A stretch of DNA of 64,000 bases, from the NCBI RefSeq assembly GCF_009834535.1, contig NC_045697.1:46874001-46938000 (forward strand), in the 5' to 3' direction. The DNA comes from Camelus ferus. Lineage: Eukaryota. The position numbers were made by a program, and so were the translations under genes. Below, in pieces: positions 48,831-62,498 of the stretch. The notes beneath the pieces are model-generated. The model was not told the origin of the DNA, searched no databases, and saw nothing but the letters and a program-made list of their open reading frames with translations. The first letter of the stretch is position 1; the number at the start of each line of letters is the position of its first letter.

Positions 48831-50765
48831 ATCATGTGTGTTTATCAACCCTTATACCAGATCACCAGGTATGTGAGAAAGACTAACTCCATACTTGCTT
48901 AAGCCCCTAGAGTCTGATATCTGGATCCTTACAGCAGAACATAATCTTAACTGATACATGTGCCACCTAAGACCTTTCAAAACCCGGCCCTTTACTTGGT
49001 TCTAACCTCATTCCTCATCCCTCTCTCTATTCCCTCTGCCCAATTTTGCCCCTCCCTAAGCTTCCAGAGTCTATGAAATCGCCCATTCATCCTTAGAGAC
49101 CCACACCAAACCTTCAATGTCACATCATGCAGAAAGACTTCCTTAACACTCATCACACGACGTTGTAATTATTTCTTTACATGTGTGTTTCTTTTATTAG
49201 AGTGCTAATTCCTCCAGGAGAAGAATGGGGTGTTTGGGGCTTATCTTCAATGTCTGGCACAGAACTGCAGCAGCATGATTAAGTTATGGGTAAATGTTGT
49301 ATGAATGAAGGAATCATTACTCTGATTCTTATCATCAGGCCATTAAGGTATATTATTAACAGTTTAATCTATGCTATTAGAGTAAAAAATGTGAAGAAAG
49401 CACAATGTGGTGAATTTTTTTAAATTGCCAGACCCCACTTGTTATCTGAAATTTTATTCTTCTATTTGAAAGTCTCTTGAAATACTGGTTGTTGTGTTTC
49501 GTTTTGATTTTAGTGATTTAATATATTAGGCCAAACACAAATAAGATGTTTACTTTGAAATAGTTTTGCAGAATCTCATCTTTGTACTCCAAAAGGAATA
49601 AGAACTCTTTTCCTTATAGACACAGTCAATTTTGTTCTCTAGGTTTGCAATTCATAGAGAATAACTTTCAAGTTTCTATTATGTTTGAAACTGGGTTTTG
49701 AAATACCAATATCAACAGGACAGATGATAAATACTTTAGGCTTAAGAATGTTTATTAAGTCCTCTGTTTGATGTGCTTCACACATGATAATCTACCTGTG
49801 TCTTTTTGCTACCGAATGTCAGTTACAGCGTCCAGCTCACTTGAAACCTTTTATAATTCGCTGCAAGTCTTCCACACTTTTCTCTTCCCAGTTGTATCTA
49901 ACTTTACTGCTCTCATCAAGACTGCTATATCACCACCACTCTTGTTCCAACTCATGAGTCCTTGCTCTATGATTATTTCTCTTCTTTTCTGCATCTTCAA
50001 GCTTAACTTTTCCATTAACTCCTGCCTCTTAACAGATTTTGGGATTTTTACAAGGAGACCCTTATACAAGGAGTCAAATGCATGTATTTTATTGGGGAGG
50101 CAGCCCCAAGAAACAGGGAAGGGAACAGCAATGTGCCCCTTTCTACAGTACAAATGACAACTGGTCTTCCTGCTTGAGCCCCAAGCCCCTTCCACCCATT
50201 GTTCTCACTACTACCAGAATAATGTTTCTGAAATGTTTAATCATCTCCTGCTATATATCCTTCATGTTTCTCTTCTTCTACCAGCTATAAGTCAAGCTGA
50301 TATGAAAGACCCTTCCCAACCTGGCTCTCCTGATGTGCATCCTGGTGTGCTATTTCTCAACAAGCTGTATGGAAGCTTTCCAACAAGACACACATCCTCA
50401 TACCACCACTTGTTTCTTTGTGCTCCTATCTCCTCCTGACCCCTACAAGTAGACTCCATAATATAAATGTTCAAGTTCACATTAGTCTTTTATTTTCCCC
50501 ACGAAGCCTCTCAAACTGCTTCAGGCAGACGTACGATCATGATCTGTTCCCACCACACTTTCATGTCCAAACCCAAGCCCACTGTATTGCTGTTGTTTAT
50601 TGTAGGCTATGTGTTTTGTATCTCCCAACTTCAATACTGTGAAAGACCATGCAAAAACAAGCTTTCATTTATTGAACAATTACTGAGCTACCACAAGTAC
50701 AAAACTACAGGGATGAAGAAGACATAGACCTGTCTCGAAGAGCTTTTATGTTGGAAGGAAGGTAT

Positions 50766-51253
50766 TGTTGGGGCAGAAAAAGTTTCCCTTCTTTTCTGTT
50801 AGGTCCTTTGGCCAGTCTAAAAATTAAACTAATAGAAGGCAGATTAGTGGGAGAAAAATAAATTTCCTACTTACAGAAGCCCCATAAAAATATGATACTT
50901 CTCCCAGCAGTCTGGTAACTGAGGCTTACATATCATCCTGAGCTAAGGAGAAGAAGGGAGGGGTCTGGGGCTTCAAATGGGAGGAAGATAATTTACAGGA
51001 AGTTGAGATCAAATGTTTGGTAAACAAGTGTTTGCCATACCATGTGGAGAAGTCTTTCTGATATAAAAAATAAAGTTGTATCTTTAAGAAGCTCTCTTCC
51101 TGGTACAGGTCCCCTATCTAGATGATTTTAGGCAGTTAAGAGGGAGGTAAAAAGCTCTCCCTGAATCTCCTGGGCCCTGACTGTCTTCAGCATAAAATAA
51201 TCCAATACACTAAAGTGGCACTATTCCGGAGTGGCATGTTCTGCTTCCCGTCA
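50766..51253 (-). mobile_element. ERV1 solo LTR (MER34/MER39-like)
   Basis: Minus-strand start TGACGGGAAGCAGAACATGCCACTCC...GCCACTTT...GATTATTTT is MER34-like. 4-bp TSD gtat/gtac. Confidence 0.75.
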
Positions 51254-52379
51254 GTACGAATATGGCAGTATGAATACAGTCAACTTTAACGCCAGGTATA
51301 GAGCGATACATTTTATAAATGAGGAACAGTTACACAGTTGTAGGAGTTCATAGCAGGGAGAGAGGACTTGTGGTCAGAGGTTTTTACTTTCCCAAACTGT
51401 ACCTTACATTGGGTTTTTCCAATTTCGACTTGCTCTTAGGTACTCAAAAATCCCCTCTTTGGAAGAAAATATCTTTATTCAGGAAAAACAAATCAAAGGA
51501 CTTGGTTATCTTGACTATGACATTTATGGTTACTGAGGCTCACTATACGAATCAAGACTTTTATTCTTTGTTTATTTCCATCAGTGTGATTTCATCGCAG
51601 AGAAAAATTTATACATTTATTCATTAAACATGTCTTGAGAATCTACTATGCAAAATAAAATGTGCCAAGAGACTAATCATAGGAACAATAGTAAGTCACG
51701 TTTTCACCACTATTACATCTCTAAAGGGAAAGAATTTTCACCATTAACAGTTACAACTGTATATTTTAAATAGAAGTTTGTGCCTTTATATTGCTATTTT
51801 AACACTCTTTTTGTATCCCCTTAAACATAATTCATTTTCTTTCTTTTGCATGAAGCTTGCTGTTTCAATGACAACTTTGTAGTATTCAAAATAAGACTGA
51901 ATACCTAGACTAATTTTAGATTAACAAAAGAGGAGAAAAACAGATTCAAAGAAAGGGGAGAAAATCCATTAAAAGTGAAACATACACAATCCACATTTAA
52001 CACTGAGTTCTTTTGGTTAATGCATTTTTTTCACAGGTATTTCTTAGTATCAACTACTAGACGCAAGTTCAACCTGCTAAAATGCATGAATGGTCTGCAC
52101 TTTAAATATCGGAGGTTAGGAAAATAAAAACATCTTAAAAATCCTTCTTAATAAACACAGAGCAAAACTGCATGCCATCAATGACACAGCTGGAAATACA
52201 GAGTTTCTATACTTAATAGAAATTGTTAACATTTCACACTTCAGGAGTAACTGTCACGCTCAGCATTTCAACAAGCCACAGTCTATGAGAAGAACTAAAA
52301 TGTTACTTTCTTCCATGCAGCTTTTAAAAATTTTCTTATTTGTCTTGAATGATATGAAACACTGCAGCTACCCTATAAT

Positions 52380-52600
52380 GTGGTGAACTGAATTATTAAA
52401 TAAATGACACCAGCCCTGGGCAGCAGTGAGCTGTGACGCTCACAATGCAAATTCAGCCGGATGGATGAACCTGGCACGGGACATCCTCATTGGGACGTTC
52501 ATTAGCCTCACTTTACAGCTGTCAGAAATGATATCTGTTATTCAGCCTGACCCTGGCTCTGAAAAAGAATTCTATGGCAACTGATGGTAAAACACGGAAA
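52380..52600. promoter_or_regulatory. Candidate conserved enhancer
   Basis: Retained CpGs, octamer ATGCAAAT (52445-52452) overlapping ACAAT, and CAGCTGTCA (52516-52524). Confidence 0.5.
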
Positions 52601-55600
52601 ATGAGAAAAAGCAAATCTATTTAAAAAGCTGACAAACTAAGTGGTTTAAAAAAAATCATTATTTCTTCTTAGAGGATTAAAATGTAATAATAAAAATAAT
52701 AATTACAGATCAGAGCCAGACAGAGGATACGCATTCAACCTTACCTAAAAGAGTTCTGTGACAGTTTATTATACTAGTCCCCAAATCATACATTTAATTT
52801 GTTTCTAAGCCTGCACTGTGTCCCTGTGAGTTACTCAAGTGTATAAATATCACTGCTCTCATTAGCCTCCTCTGGTGTTATTTTATGTCTTGCAATGCTC
52901 AGGGGAAGTGAGGAGCCTCTCAGATACTCCTCTGTATTCCAGACAATTTAGGGGCTTTGAGGAAAGAGAAGGTACAGCCTTACAAAGAGAAGCTGACTTG
53001 TCACTGGCCCTCAGCAGCCCACAAAGACCTCTCTATCCTTGCAACGCCTATGAAATTTTGATCTCCATTTGACAAAATCCCTCTCTTAATTGTCTTATCT
53101 TTCTTATCATTTGTGCCTTCTGCTCCCCACAAGAATTACAACTTTGATACAAATGAAAATGTGCCTCTTTATTTCTCTGGCTCAGGGCTTAAAATATTGT
53201 CATGCACTGATTGGCTTTTGATAAGTAGCTGTTTAAAATCTTTAATAAATGGTTGTTCAAAGTATGGAAAACAACGATGCCAGATTGGCAGTCCTGGTGC
53301 CCACAGCTCTTCAGCTACAACGAGGGCGTCTTGCCCCCAAAGACTTTATTTACACTGTCAAATGTAAAAGAAAAGTTGCTCTGTCATCTGGTGAATTAAA
53401 TATCAACTCAGACATTTCTGTTAACAGAAAGAATCTTGCCAGCAGCTTAGAATTCCTGAGTCATCCCAAGGTATTTCTGTCCTGAGAAATGGTTAGATTC
53501 CTATTTGGATTCACCTTCAACACATCACATCATTCCCACGCTTGCCAAACTCAACAGGTATTTTGACGATGTATTCATAGTCTTTTAAAAGAAATTCCAA
53601 TATTTCAAGAGGGAGGAGGAGGAAACGGAGTTTCTTTAATACTGCATGGGCTTGTAGCATTTTCAGTACAATGTTTCCTGAACAGCAAATGACCTGAAAT
53701 ATCTCCACACGGATCATATGAAACCTTTAACAAGACATTTCTCAAGAAAATGGCACCCCAGAAACACATACATGTGTGAGGACACACACACCACTCACAC
53801 ACAAAACACTGTTTTTAATAGCCAAGGGCACTTTGGCACAATGTGGGGCGGTGGTTGTCAACATAAACAGATGGTCAAAGAAGTGGGCAAACACTTCGAG
53901 TGAACTAGTTCCATAAATGAAGTTTTTTTATTTCATTTTAAATGCCATACTTACTTAACCAGCTTTCAGACAAGATGATACATGTAGCCAGTTGGAAAGA
54001 GTTCCCTGCCAGGCTTCTGTGTTTTTATGACAAAATTAAAAGTCCACAGATGGAATAACTCAAAGCTAATTCTTACAGAGTTTGTTTAGTTAGAATTGGG
54101 GGCGGGGAGAGAATACCATATTGCTTCAAATTAAAGCCACATCTACAAAATGAGAGATTTTTTAATTGGGGAGGAGAGAGTAGAAACAGCTTTTTAAAGA
54201 AATAACAAGTCTGTTTTTTAAACGAGTAGAGTTCTTTATCCATTAAAATAGCGACCTCCTCCAGAGAGTTTGAGGATCATTAAAAAAAATTCCTGATTCC
54301 AAACTCAATCCCCAAACATCTCAGCATCCTCTCAATCAGTTCTTTGAAAAATATCAGTTTGCCACTTCAGCTGCTTTCTAAATACATACAGTCTTCCCAT
54401 CGTGACTTCACTAGCCATTAAATTTCAAAACCCCAAAGAAAGAATCCTACATGTGAATTATGGGAGAAAGGTGCCATTTGAGTGGAAATACAGAGACCAG
54501 CTGTCTTGGCATTGTGCATTCTGCGAAAGATTTGTGACTTTGTTAGGATATTGAGCCGTTTCCTTTAATGAGGAAATGAAACAGAACTGATGTTCTGCCA
54601 AACATGGTGGCCCATGTATAAAAGCATGAAATGTATACAATACTGCCTCTTGAAGAAAAAAGAAAATAAAAAGAGAGAACCCAAAAGAAAAGAAAAATTA
54701 TGTCAAATGGAATATGTTCCCCAATCTTCCAATTAAAAACAAACTTAGACATGTAAAATTCATTACAAAAACTAATCTCTACAAAGACATTTTATCTATA
54801 GCTTTTTCAGTGCAGTAAATACCCACTCAGAAGTCCAAAAGTAAATTAAAAAAATATATAGTCAATAAAATTGTTTGGGTCTACGAAATACAAAAGAATT
54901 TATTTTCTTATTTTGCCAATTAACTGATTCAACTTCATATAATTAACTTGCTGGTTTCAGGTAAATCTGTCTACATTACATCCAGGAAGTAAACTTATAT
55001 ATCAGCTTCTATTTATCTTCTAGAAATATATGTATTTATTTCCACAAAAGACACTTTTCACTGCCAAAGGTGGGGCGATAAAAGTTCTTAGCAAAAATTT
55101 ATGTACAACACTTGCTAGGAAATAGCTGGTCTTCTTCTGAGGGTCCACTCTGCTCCGTCTGACTCATGGAGACCAAGGAAGCTAACCAATGGATGAATTA
55201 AGACCCCAAAAACAATACAACAGATCTCTTTTCACTACTTGTACCCAGCAGTTAAAGCCAGGGTTCTCAAGTGTTTCAAAACCACAGAGATCTGAGAGAA
55301 TGGAACTGACCAAATCTTAAGTTCTGTATTACTCACTGAATAAATCACCTGTGAGTTCAGTTTCTTTGTTATCTGATATTCCCTGTTTTCCGATTATCTT
55401 TTATTTTAGGAACTCTTCTTAGTGACTTTATTTCCCCCAGGCTACTTTCCATAAAAATCCCAGGCAGCATCTTTGTGGCTGTTTGTCATATTTAAAAAAA
55501 CTTCCCTGTCCCTAAAAAAGGGCTGTTTCTTTAATCTCTACCTACCATTTAAGGAAATCACCAAAGGATGACCTGAAAATGAGCATTTATCTTCATATAA

Positions 55601-56939
55601 TATGAACTTCATCAAAATAAGTTGCAATATTTTACTTTGAAAAGTGTTCTGCAGACATTAGTTTCCTAGGAAAGGCAGACTCTGGATATGTTTTGACTGT
55701 TATAGAAGCATCAGATCTTTCAATAAAAGAAGCCATCTCTGTCTTATGTGGCTCTTAATAGAAATGTAGGTGATACAGAGAATGTGAAAGCCAGCATTTT
55801 GAATGCTTATAAGTGAGTGCCGTTGTCCAGGTAGAGCAGATACTAAGTTGTGAAAAGTCAAAACTCAGGATGTGTCACATCTCCACCCTCATTTAAAATT
55901 ACCTGTTGATGAAAATCAGAAATTACAAATATTATATCACCACGATGAGAAATTTAAAACAATTGTAGAATGCTAGAGGTACAGATATATTGCAAACAAG
56001 ATGGAACTTAGTGAGATACAGTGAATCGTATTTTACTTAAGAGAACAAATGGCTTGACAGCGTGGGGAAGCTAAACACTTGCAATTGCAAATACAAGAAA
56101 AGATGGCCGTTAACAGCATAATAAAAGCCAAGGATGAATATTGGAGACAGGCAATATTATCTTTAGGCACCTCTTCAGGGTATTAGAACACATAACAAGA
56201 TGGCGCCCTTGTGAAATCTTGGGGGAATCTTCTTTCTGCAATGGTCAAGAGTTCATCTATTATTAAAGAGGAATTTCTCCCCCAATTTTAATCATTGATA
56301 CATGAAAATATTTCCCCGGACAAACAGGTTTGAGAATCACTGGATGAAAGAGGTTTCTCAATTTTGGGACTTCTTAAAGCACTGCTATATCAATGTGCAA
56401 AATAAATCTCCCAGTAGGAGGCTTCTATTTTGAGTTTCCCAACTTATTTGACCATGAAATCCTTTTAACCCAGGGTGAGACATTCAAGTTCCACAGAAGT
56501 CACTGAAAAGTGGCCATTATTACTACTGCATCTTTTTAGACCCCACTCTTTCTAATTAAACTTTATTTAACACCTGAATAGCGAACCCTAATAAACATTG
56601 AAGTTTAAGACAGTTTTCTTCTGCAAAGAATTTGTTTCTTCCATTTCAGATCTCTGCAGCTGCATGCAATGCCAGAACAGAAACTTTTTCCCCAAGGTGA
56701 CATAATGTTTAAAAGAGAAAGTCAGGAGAGGACAGTAGTTAGGTTGTACACCTTTGAGATCTAAAGTCTTACAGCTATTAATTTTCTTCACATAGAGAGG
56801 ACTCACACATTATTTGAGATGGTGCTAGGATCTATGCAGATCCTTTAACACACTTCAAATTCATGTTCAGAGAAGAAAAATGTTACCTCAACAAGAACAA
56901 GAATGGGGTGTCAGAAGCCTATTTTTCTTGATTACATCT

Positions 56940-57085
56940 AGATAATTCCTGGAAAGGCATTCTAGAATAAAAGCTACATGAGGTCCGGGACTTTGTTCAC
57001 CACTGTTTACACAGAGCCTCCTACAGGGCTTGGCACATAGTGGAAGCTCAATAAATGTCAGTTGAACTTGATTAAATAAATGAAT
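56940..57085 (+). mobile_element. L2 3' end
   Basis: ctagaataaaagctacatgagg...cttggcacatagtggaagctcaataaatgt...aataaatgaat. Confidence 0.8.
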
Positions 57086-59729
57086 CTGAAGTATTTAATA
57101 CAGATATTATAGTATAGAATCATGGTGTATATATTTAGCTCTAAGTTTTTTCGGTAGTTAAATAGGTAACACAGAAATCATTTAGCTTCTGTCTATAGAC
57201 TCACTATTGGCACCAGTTATTGAAAAGCACTTTTTTTATTCTTTCTTGACATAAACGCATCCATTAGAATGATGAGTTGAAGTGCTCATTAGTCAACCTG
57301 AATACTAAAAGTGGTGGAGGTCAGCTCACTCAAAGCCTGACCTTTCCAAACATTTTGCTTCTTAAAAAAAAAAAATAGACAACACTCCCCTCCCTAATCT
57401 TCCCTCTTTGATCCTCTGGTTAATTGGGGAGCAATCCCTCTTTTAACTTTGCCAAATATTGCAGAATATTTTCAGTAAATGTCACCACAAATTGAAAGCA
57501 ACACTAACATGGTAGATGTGTTTCATTTTCCGATCATGTGTAACAAACTTAGTCTTTGCTCTTGTGCTTCCCCCATTAGTATTGATTTTCCAAGTTGATA
57601 ACGGATGGCAGAAAAAGACTCATTTAAACATTCTCACCCCTTGGCCTCACCAAGAGCTTAATTGTTGTCATGAATACACAACGGAGATTTTTAATACCTT
57701 AAAAACAAACATTTATGCTGCTATTCTGATTGTATTGTGCCCTCATTATCCTTATATTTTATATTGCAGAAATGATAAATTTAACATGCTTGTGAAGCAA
57801 GGGAAAACCAATAATTCTGTGATTGCGAATCTTCTTTATGCATAGGACAATTTCTGTCCCAACAGTTACTACTTATGACTCTGGGTTCATCCTCTAATTT
57901 CTCTGATCCTTGATTTTTTGTCTCTAAAAATGGGGTATTATTTAGCTCAAGGAATTTCTTTAAGGATTAAGTCAGAAAATACATGAAATTACCTCACTGA
58001 AGGTATGTTTAAGTATTTCCAATTGGCGGCTTTGGAGTATGAGGCAAAATTATGAGAGTATCAGCAGATGAGCCTTAACAAAAGCAGTGCATTTTAGAAA
58101 ATGAATCCTATACGCAGCACAGATTTAAGTGTCCAAACCACCCACACACCAACTTCAACTCCACATTTTAGCGAAAAATTAGTATCAGCCTTAGTGTCTT
58201 AATCTTTTTCCTCTCTCAAAAGCAGGCAAAACAAGAGGACACAGAATCAGGAGGAGGTTACATAGCTTCAAAGCAGCAGCACAAGGTCAGAGACTAATAA
58301 ACTACAGGACTGTTAACCAAGAAACTTAACTATAATGTGCCCCTGGAGTAAAATTCCTCCTTAATGGAAACCACCTTATGGTCTTTCAGTCTCCTTCCTG
58401 TTCACTGTAGTCAATCATGACCACAGCATGTGTAATTTCTTCCTGGAACTTGCTAAGGAGTGAAGGAAAATGACTCAGAACCAGATTTAACTTTCTACCC
58501 ACAGCCTTCCAGGTGAGGGCACGGAGTCCACTACTGCTGGACAGCAGTGGCTGCACCACCCACATCACCTGCTCAGGGCAACTGCATGGACCACAGGAGA
58601 GTCCCAGGTGTGAGCCACAGCAGGTGCCTCCCCAGCCCCCTTGTCTTCCCTTTTACCCAGGAGAAAACTGAAGATCAGAGAAGTGGGCACAGGTTGTCAC
58701 AGACAGAATCTGGACACAAAGGAGCATCCTCTCTAGCAAACAGGAATACATTCCAGGCAAGAGGAAAAGAATTCAGACTTCATTCACCCATAGTAGAGGG
58801 TAAAGCAGGTTATATAAACTAAAAATCTGTGAACTCGTAATTTTTTGCACCCTTGAAAACATATGTGGTCCATATATGTGTATATATATATATACCTTTA
58901 TCAAAATTTATAACTCCTTTTATTAGTATAGCACACCTCACTTTGTTTTTAAAGGGTAGAATTTTGTATTTGTAAACTTTCACCTGAAGCAACAAACTCG
59001 ATTTGTTCATTTTCAATAAGTTAAAGACCCAATACATACTCAGAATCACCAGGAAGCATCTCATCATCTTTAATGGGGAAATAGTATATTCTTGTTATTG
59101 CATTTGCCCTGGGTTTCTGCCTGGTACAGAAGAAAAGAAATGTTTCCCTCTGTTTCCTGGGAAGCTTTTTTTTTTTTTTTTTAAATCATGAAGACCTCAG
59201 TATTTTCCCTCATTCTCCTGCCTTACCCAAGAGACTCAAAAGGATTTAGACCAGTGTGGGGGTCATACAGAGAATAGTAAACAATGGCGCTTGGTTTTGC
59301 TAAGATGGTATTTGAAACCATTGTGCATAGTTCTGGACTACCTTTGAAGAATAACACCCCTTACTAGAGCTTTAGAAAGCATGTAGTCAGTAACATGACA
59401 AAATGTAAATCCACCTCAAGGCAAATATTATTGGATCACTGCCTTAAAATTACTTTACCAAATTTTAGTTTTAACATTCAGAGTTCTAGCATAGGAAAGA
59501 GTGGCTAAACAACTTTCCAAATGGCAAGCTGGAGAATTTTTCCCCTCTCCTAAGTAATTATTAAGGATGACTGCTATTTCTCTACTGAAAATGACTCTGA
59601 CACAAAAAACAAAAAGCAAACAAAAAATCAAGAATATGGAATATTACATGTGGAAAAATATCAAAATCCTATACTTTTAAACCTATGAAATAAATAAAAT
59701 GAGAATTAAAACTTATTTAAATGATCATA

Positions 59730-60328
59730 TCATATTTATCTTTGGATAAAACCTGTCAGTGGCTTCTGCCTGCATTTAGAATAAGACCTTAACGCCTGCC
59801 ACAGTCACGACAATCTGAACACTGCAAACCCAAACTCTTCCCCCCTTTCCCTCCCAGCTTCCACTATCCCTCTAGCTCTCTATGCTTCCATCTCATTGGC
59901 CTTCTTTCAACTTCAGGAGTTCCCTAAGGTCTTTCCTGTTTAGGGTTTTCACACGTGCACATCTTTCTTCCTGGGATGATTTCTTTCATACTTTGCATGG
60001 CAGTCTCCTTATCCTTCATACTCCAGCACAAATGTCGAATCAGAGACCTTTCCTATCTTCCAAGCTAAAGTAAACCTCCATCACCACTACCACCAAAGTT
60101 CCTCTCTCTCTCTCTGGGTACTCAGTTCTTTTGTTTCATAGCATTCATCACAAAGTACATGCACGTGTGTGTCTGTGGATATTGTTTATTGTACATCTCC
60201 CCCACTGGACCTGAAGTCCCATGAGAGCCGGGAACATGCCTCTGTTGTATAAAACAACATGCCCAGTATCTAGCGTGGTAGGTAAAGCACATGGTAAGCA
60301 CTCAGTAAATATTTGTTGGATGAATAGA
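59730..60328 (+). mobile_element. L2 3' portion
   Basis: aaacctgtcagtggcttct...tctcccccactggac...gtaagcactcagtaaatatttgttggatgaat. Confidence 0.85.
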
Positions 60329-62080
60329 AGCTCTCCATGACCTTTGATTATCCTTCTTACATACTTCTTCAGAATATTTGAGGCAGGTAATCATTTGAAC
60401 TATTATCTAAGCCTTTTATCAAATTAGCAAAATGAACATTTGAAAATATCCAATAACTGACTTAGTGATACTCATATTTTGTGAAGTTAAATATCTTGAA
60501 TTTAACATCTGTATCATAATGTTTCCCAAACCACACAATTGATGAATAGTACTTGCCACTTCCTTAATTCATATATCAGACTTGTATCAACCATTTTGCA
60601 AGTGAAAAATGTCTGTGATTCAAAGACATACCTAACCACTAAATAGGTACAAAACTTGGAATGAAATAAGCTGTAACTGTAGTCAGATTTCTGGGCTATG
60701 ACAGCTAGCAAAGGAGGTTTAAAATTCACTGGAAACTTTACATTAGAAATATCTCTAAATATTATTGTTCAAAATATGTATTGATTCACTTGTCTCTAGT
60801 TTTGTTCAATTTTACTTCTCTTCTATGTGAACAATCAGATCAGCCTAGATGAGAAATGTCTCCAAAAGTCATTCATCTTCCCCCCAAGATATTAACATCT
60901 ACATCTCTGTAGTGTTTTTATCTGGTTATTAGCACAGTTATTATGAAAACTGGCCCCAAGCAGAGTAAGACAAGTAGTCAACTTTTCCTCTTGTCTCATT
61001 TGTGGGAAATTATTTTTCCCAGGAATCTAAACTGCCTATAAGAGATAATTTACTTCAAAGGAACAATTACTACCAAGAAGATACATCCTAAATCTCAACT
61101 TTCTACAGTATAATCTGACCTGTTCTTATTAGTACTAAAAAAAATAAAATAAAAGTCTCATGGTATACAAAACAGAATCAGGCTTGGTACAAACTCACTT
61201 AAGAGAAATAATTATGTTAACTTCAAATTTCATACTATTAACTGTACTCTTCAAATGAGCTCATGACTGCCCACTAGGAACAAAAGAACACTGGGCTTCC
61301 CTTATAAACTTATATGTGAAAGAACATTTTCTTCCCCCCAAATGCACATTTCCTTGTTCAGCTTGATTATTTCTTTTCATGTTTGTGTCATTCTTCTTTG
61401 GGGTAACGTACAAAAGGAAGAGGGTCCTGCAGCTTGGTTAAGAAAGAAAAGGACAGAGGAGGGGCCCAAGAAGTAATAGGGGAGGGACCCTCATCTGGAC
61501 CCAGTTCCATCACTGGTTCAGAAAGTCCCAAAGTAAAAATAAAATGTGATTAAAAAGATAAAATGTGGTTGACCCTCAAAGCATTATGAACTGAAGACAA
61601 AGTTTCTTCCAATTATAGACACTCAATGAAGTGACTTGGTAAAAAAAACATTCATACACAGACACACATGTACATATGCAATGTTAATATTTTGTAATTC
61701 CAAAAATAATTAAAACATGTTCTTTGATGCAACAACCTAATATCTCACTTGAAGATAGAGATTTAAATTACTATTTAACTGACTATATAATGGGCCTTAC
61801 AGATGTCCATTCACACAGGAAGATTCCCCACAAAGTACAAGAGAACACCTGGTACCACAACTTAGGAAAACCCAGCAGAGAACTTCCTGATTGTACAAAC
61901 TTCCTGATCATATGTGTACAGTAACAGGCTATGACCAAAATTTTAAAATATAACCTCTTGTTCTTGGGATGTTTATGGGAAATAAAAGCATCGTCTTTCC
62001 CACATGACCTTCTGAGCTTCTGTAAACTCACAAGCGATGTCTGATTGTGACTATTGCTTATATAACATTAATAAGTGCAC

Positions 62081-62498
62081 TATGATGATCAATTTTATGT
62101 GTCAACTTAACTGGGCCACAGTACCAAGATATTTGGTCAAACATTATTCTAGATATTTCTGTGAAGGTGTTTTTGGACGAGACGAACATTTAAAATGGTA
62201 GATTTTGAGTCAAGTAGATTCCTCTCCATTGTGTGAGTGGGCCACATGCAAACAGTTGAAGGCCTTAAGAGAACAAAGACTGACCTCTCCCTGGAAGGAC
62301 GGAATTCGGCCAGCAGATTGTCTTTGGACTCAAACTTTAACTCTTTCCTGAGTCTCTAGCCTGCCTGCCTCCCCCATCAGATTTAGGACTCACCAAGCCT
62401 CCAGAATCACATGTGCCGATTTCTTAAAATAAATCTCTCTATATATAAAATCACACTTCCCATTGGTTCTGTTTCTCCAGATAACCTCGATAAATACA
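62081..62498 (+). mobile_element. MLT2 (ERVL) solo LTR
   Basis: aattttatgtgtcaactt...tttggtcaaacattattctagat...cattggttctgtttctc...aataca. Perfect 5-bp TSD tgcac (62076-62080, 62499-62503). Confidence 0.92.

Noticed and set aside
49768..50290. Overlapping ORFs on both strands
   Set aside because: The pyrimidine-rich sequence looks like a degraded L2. I found no splice or homology support.
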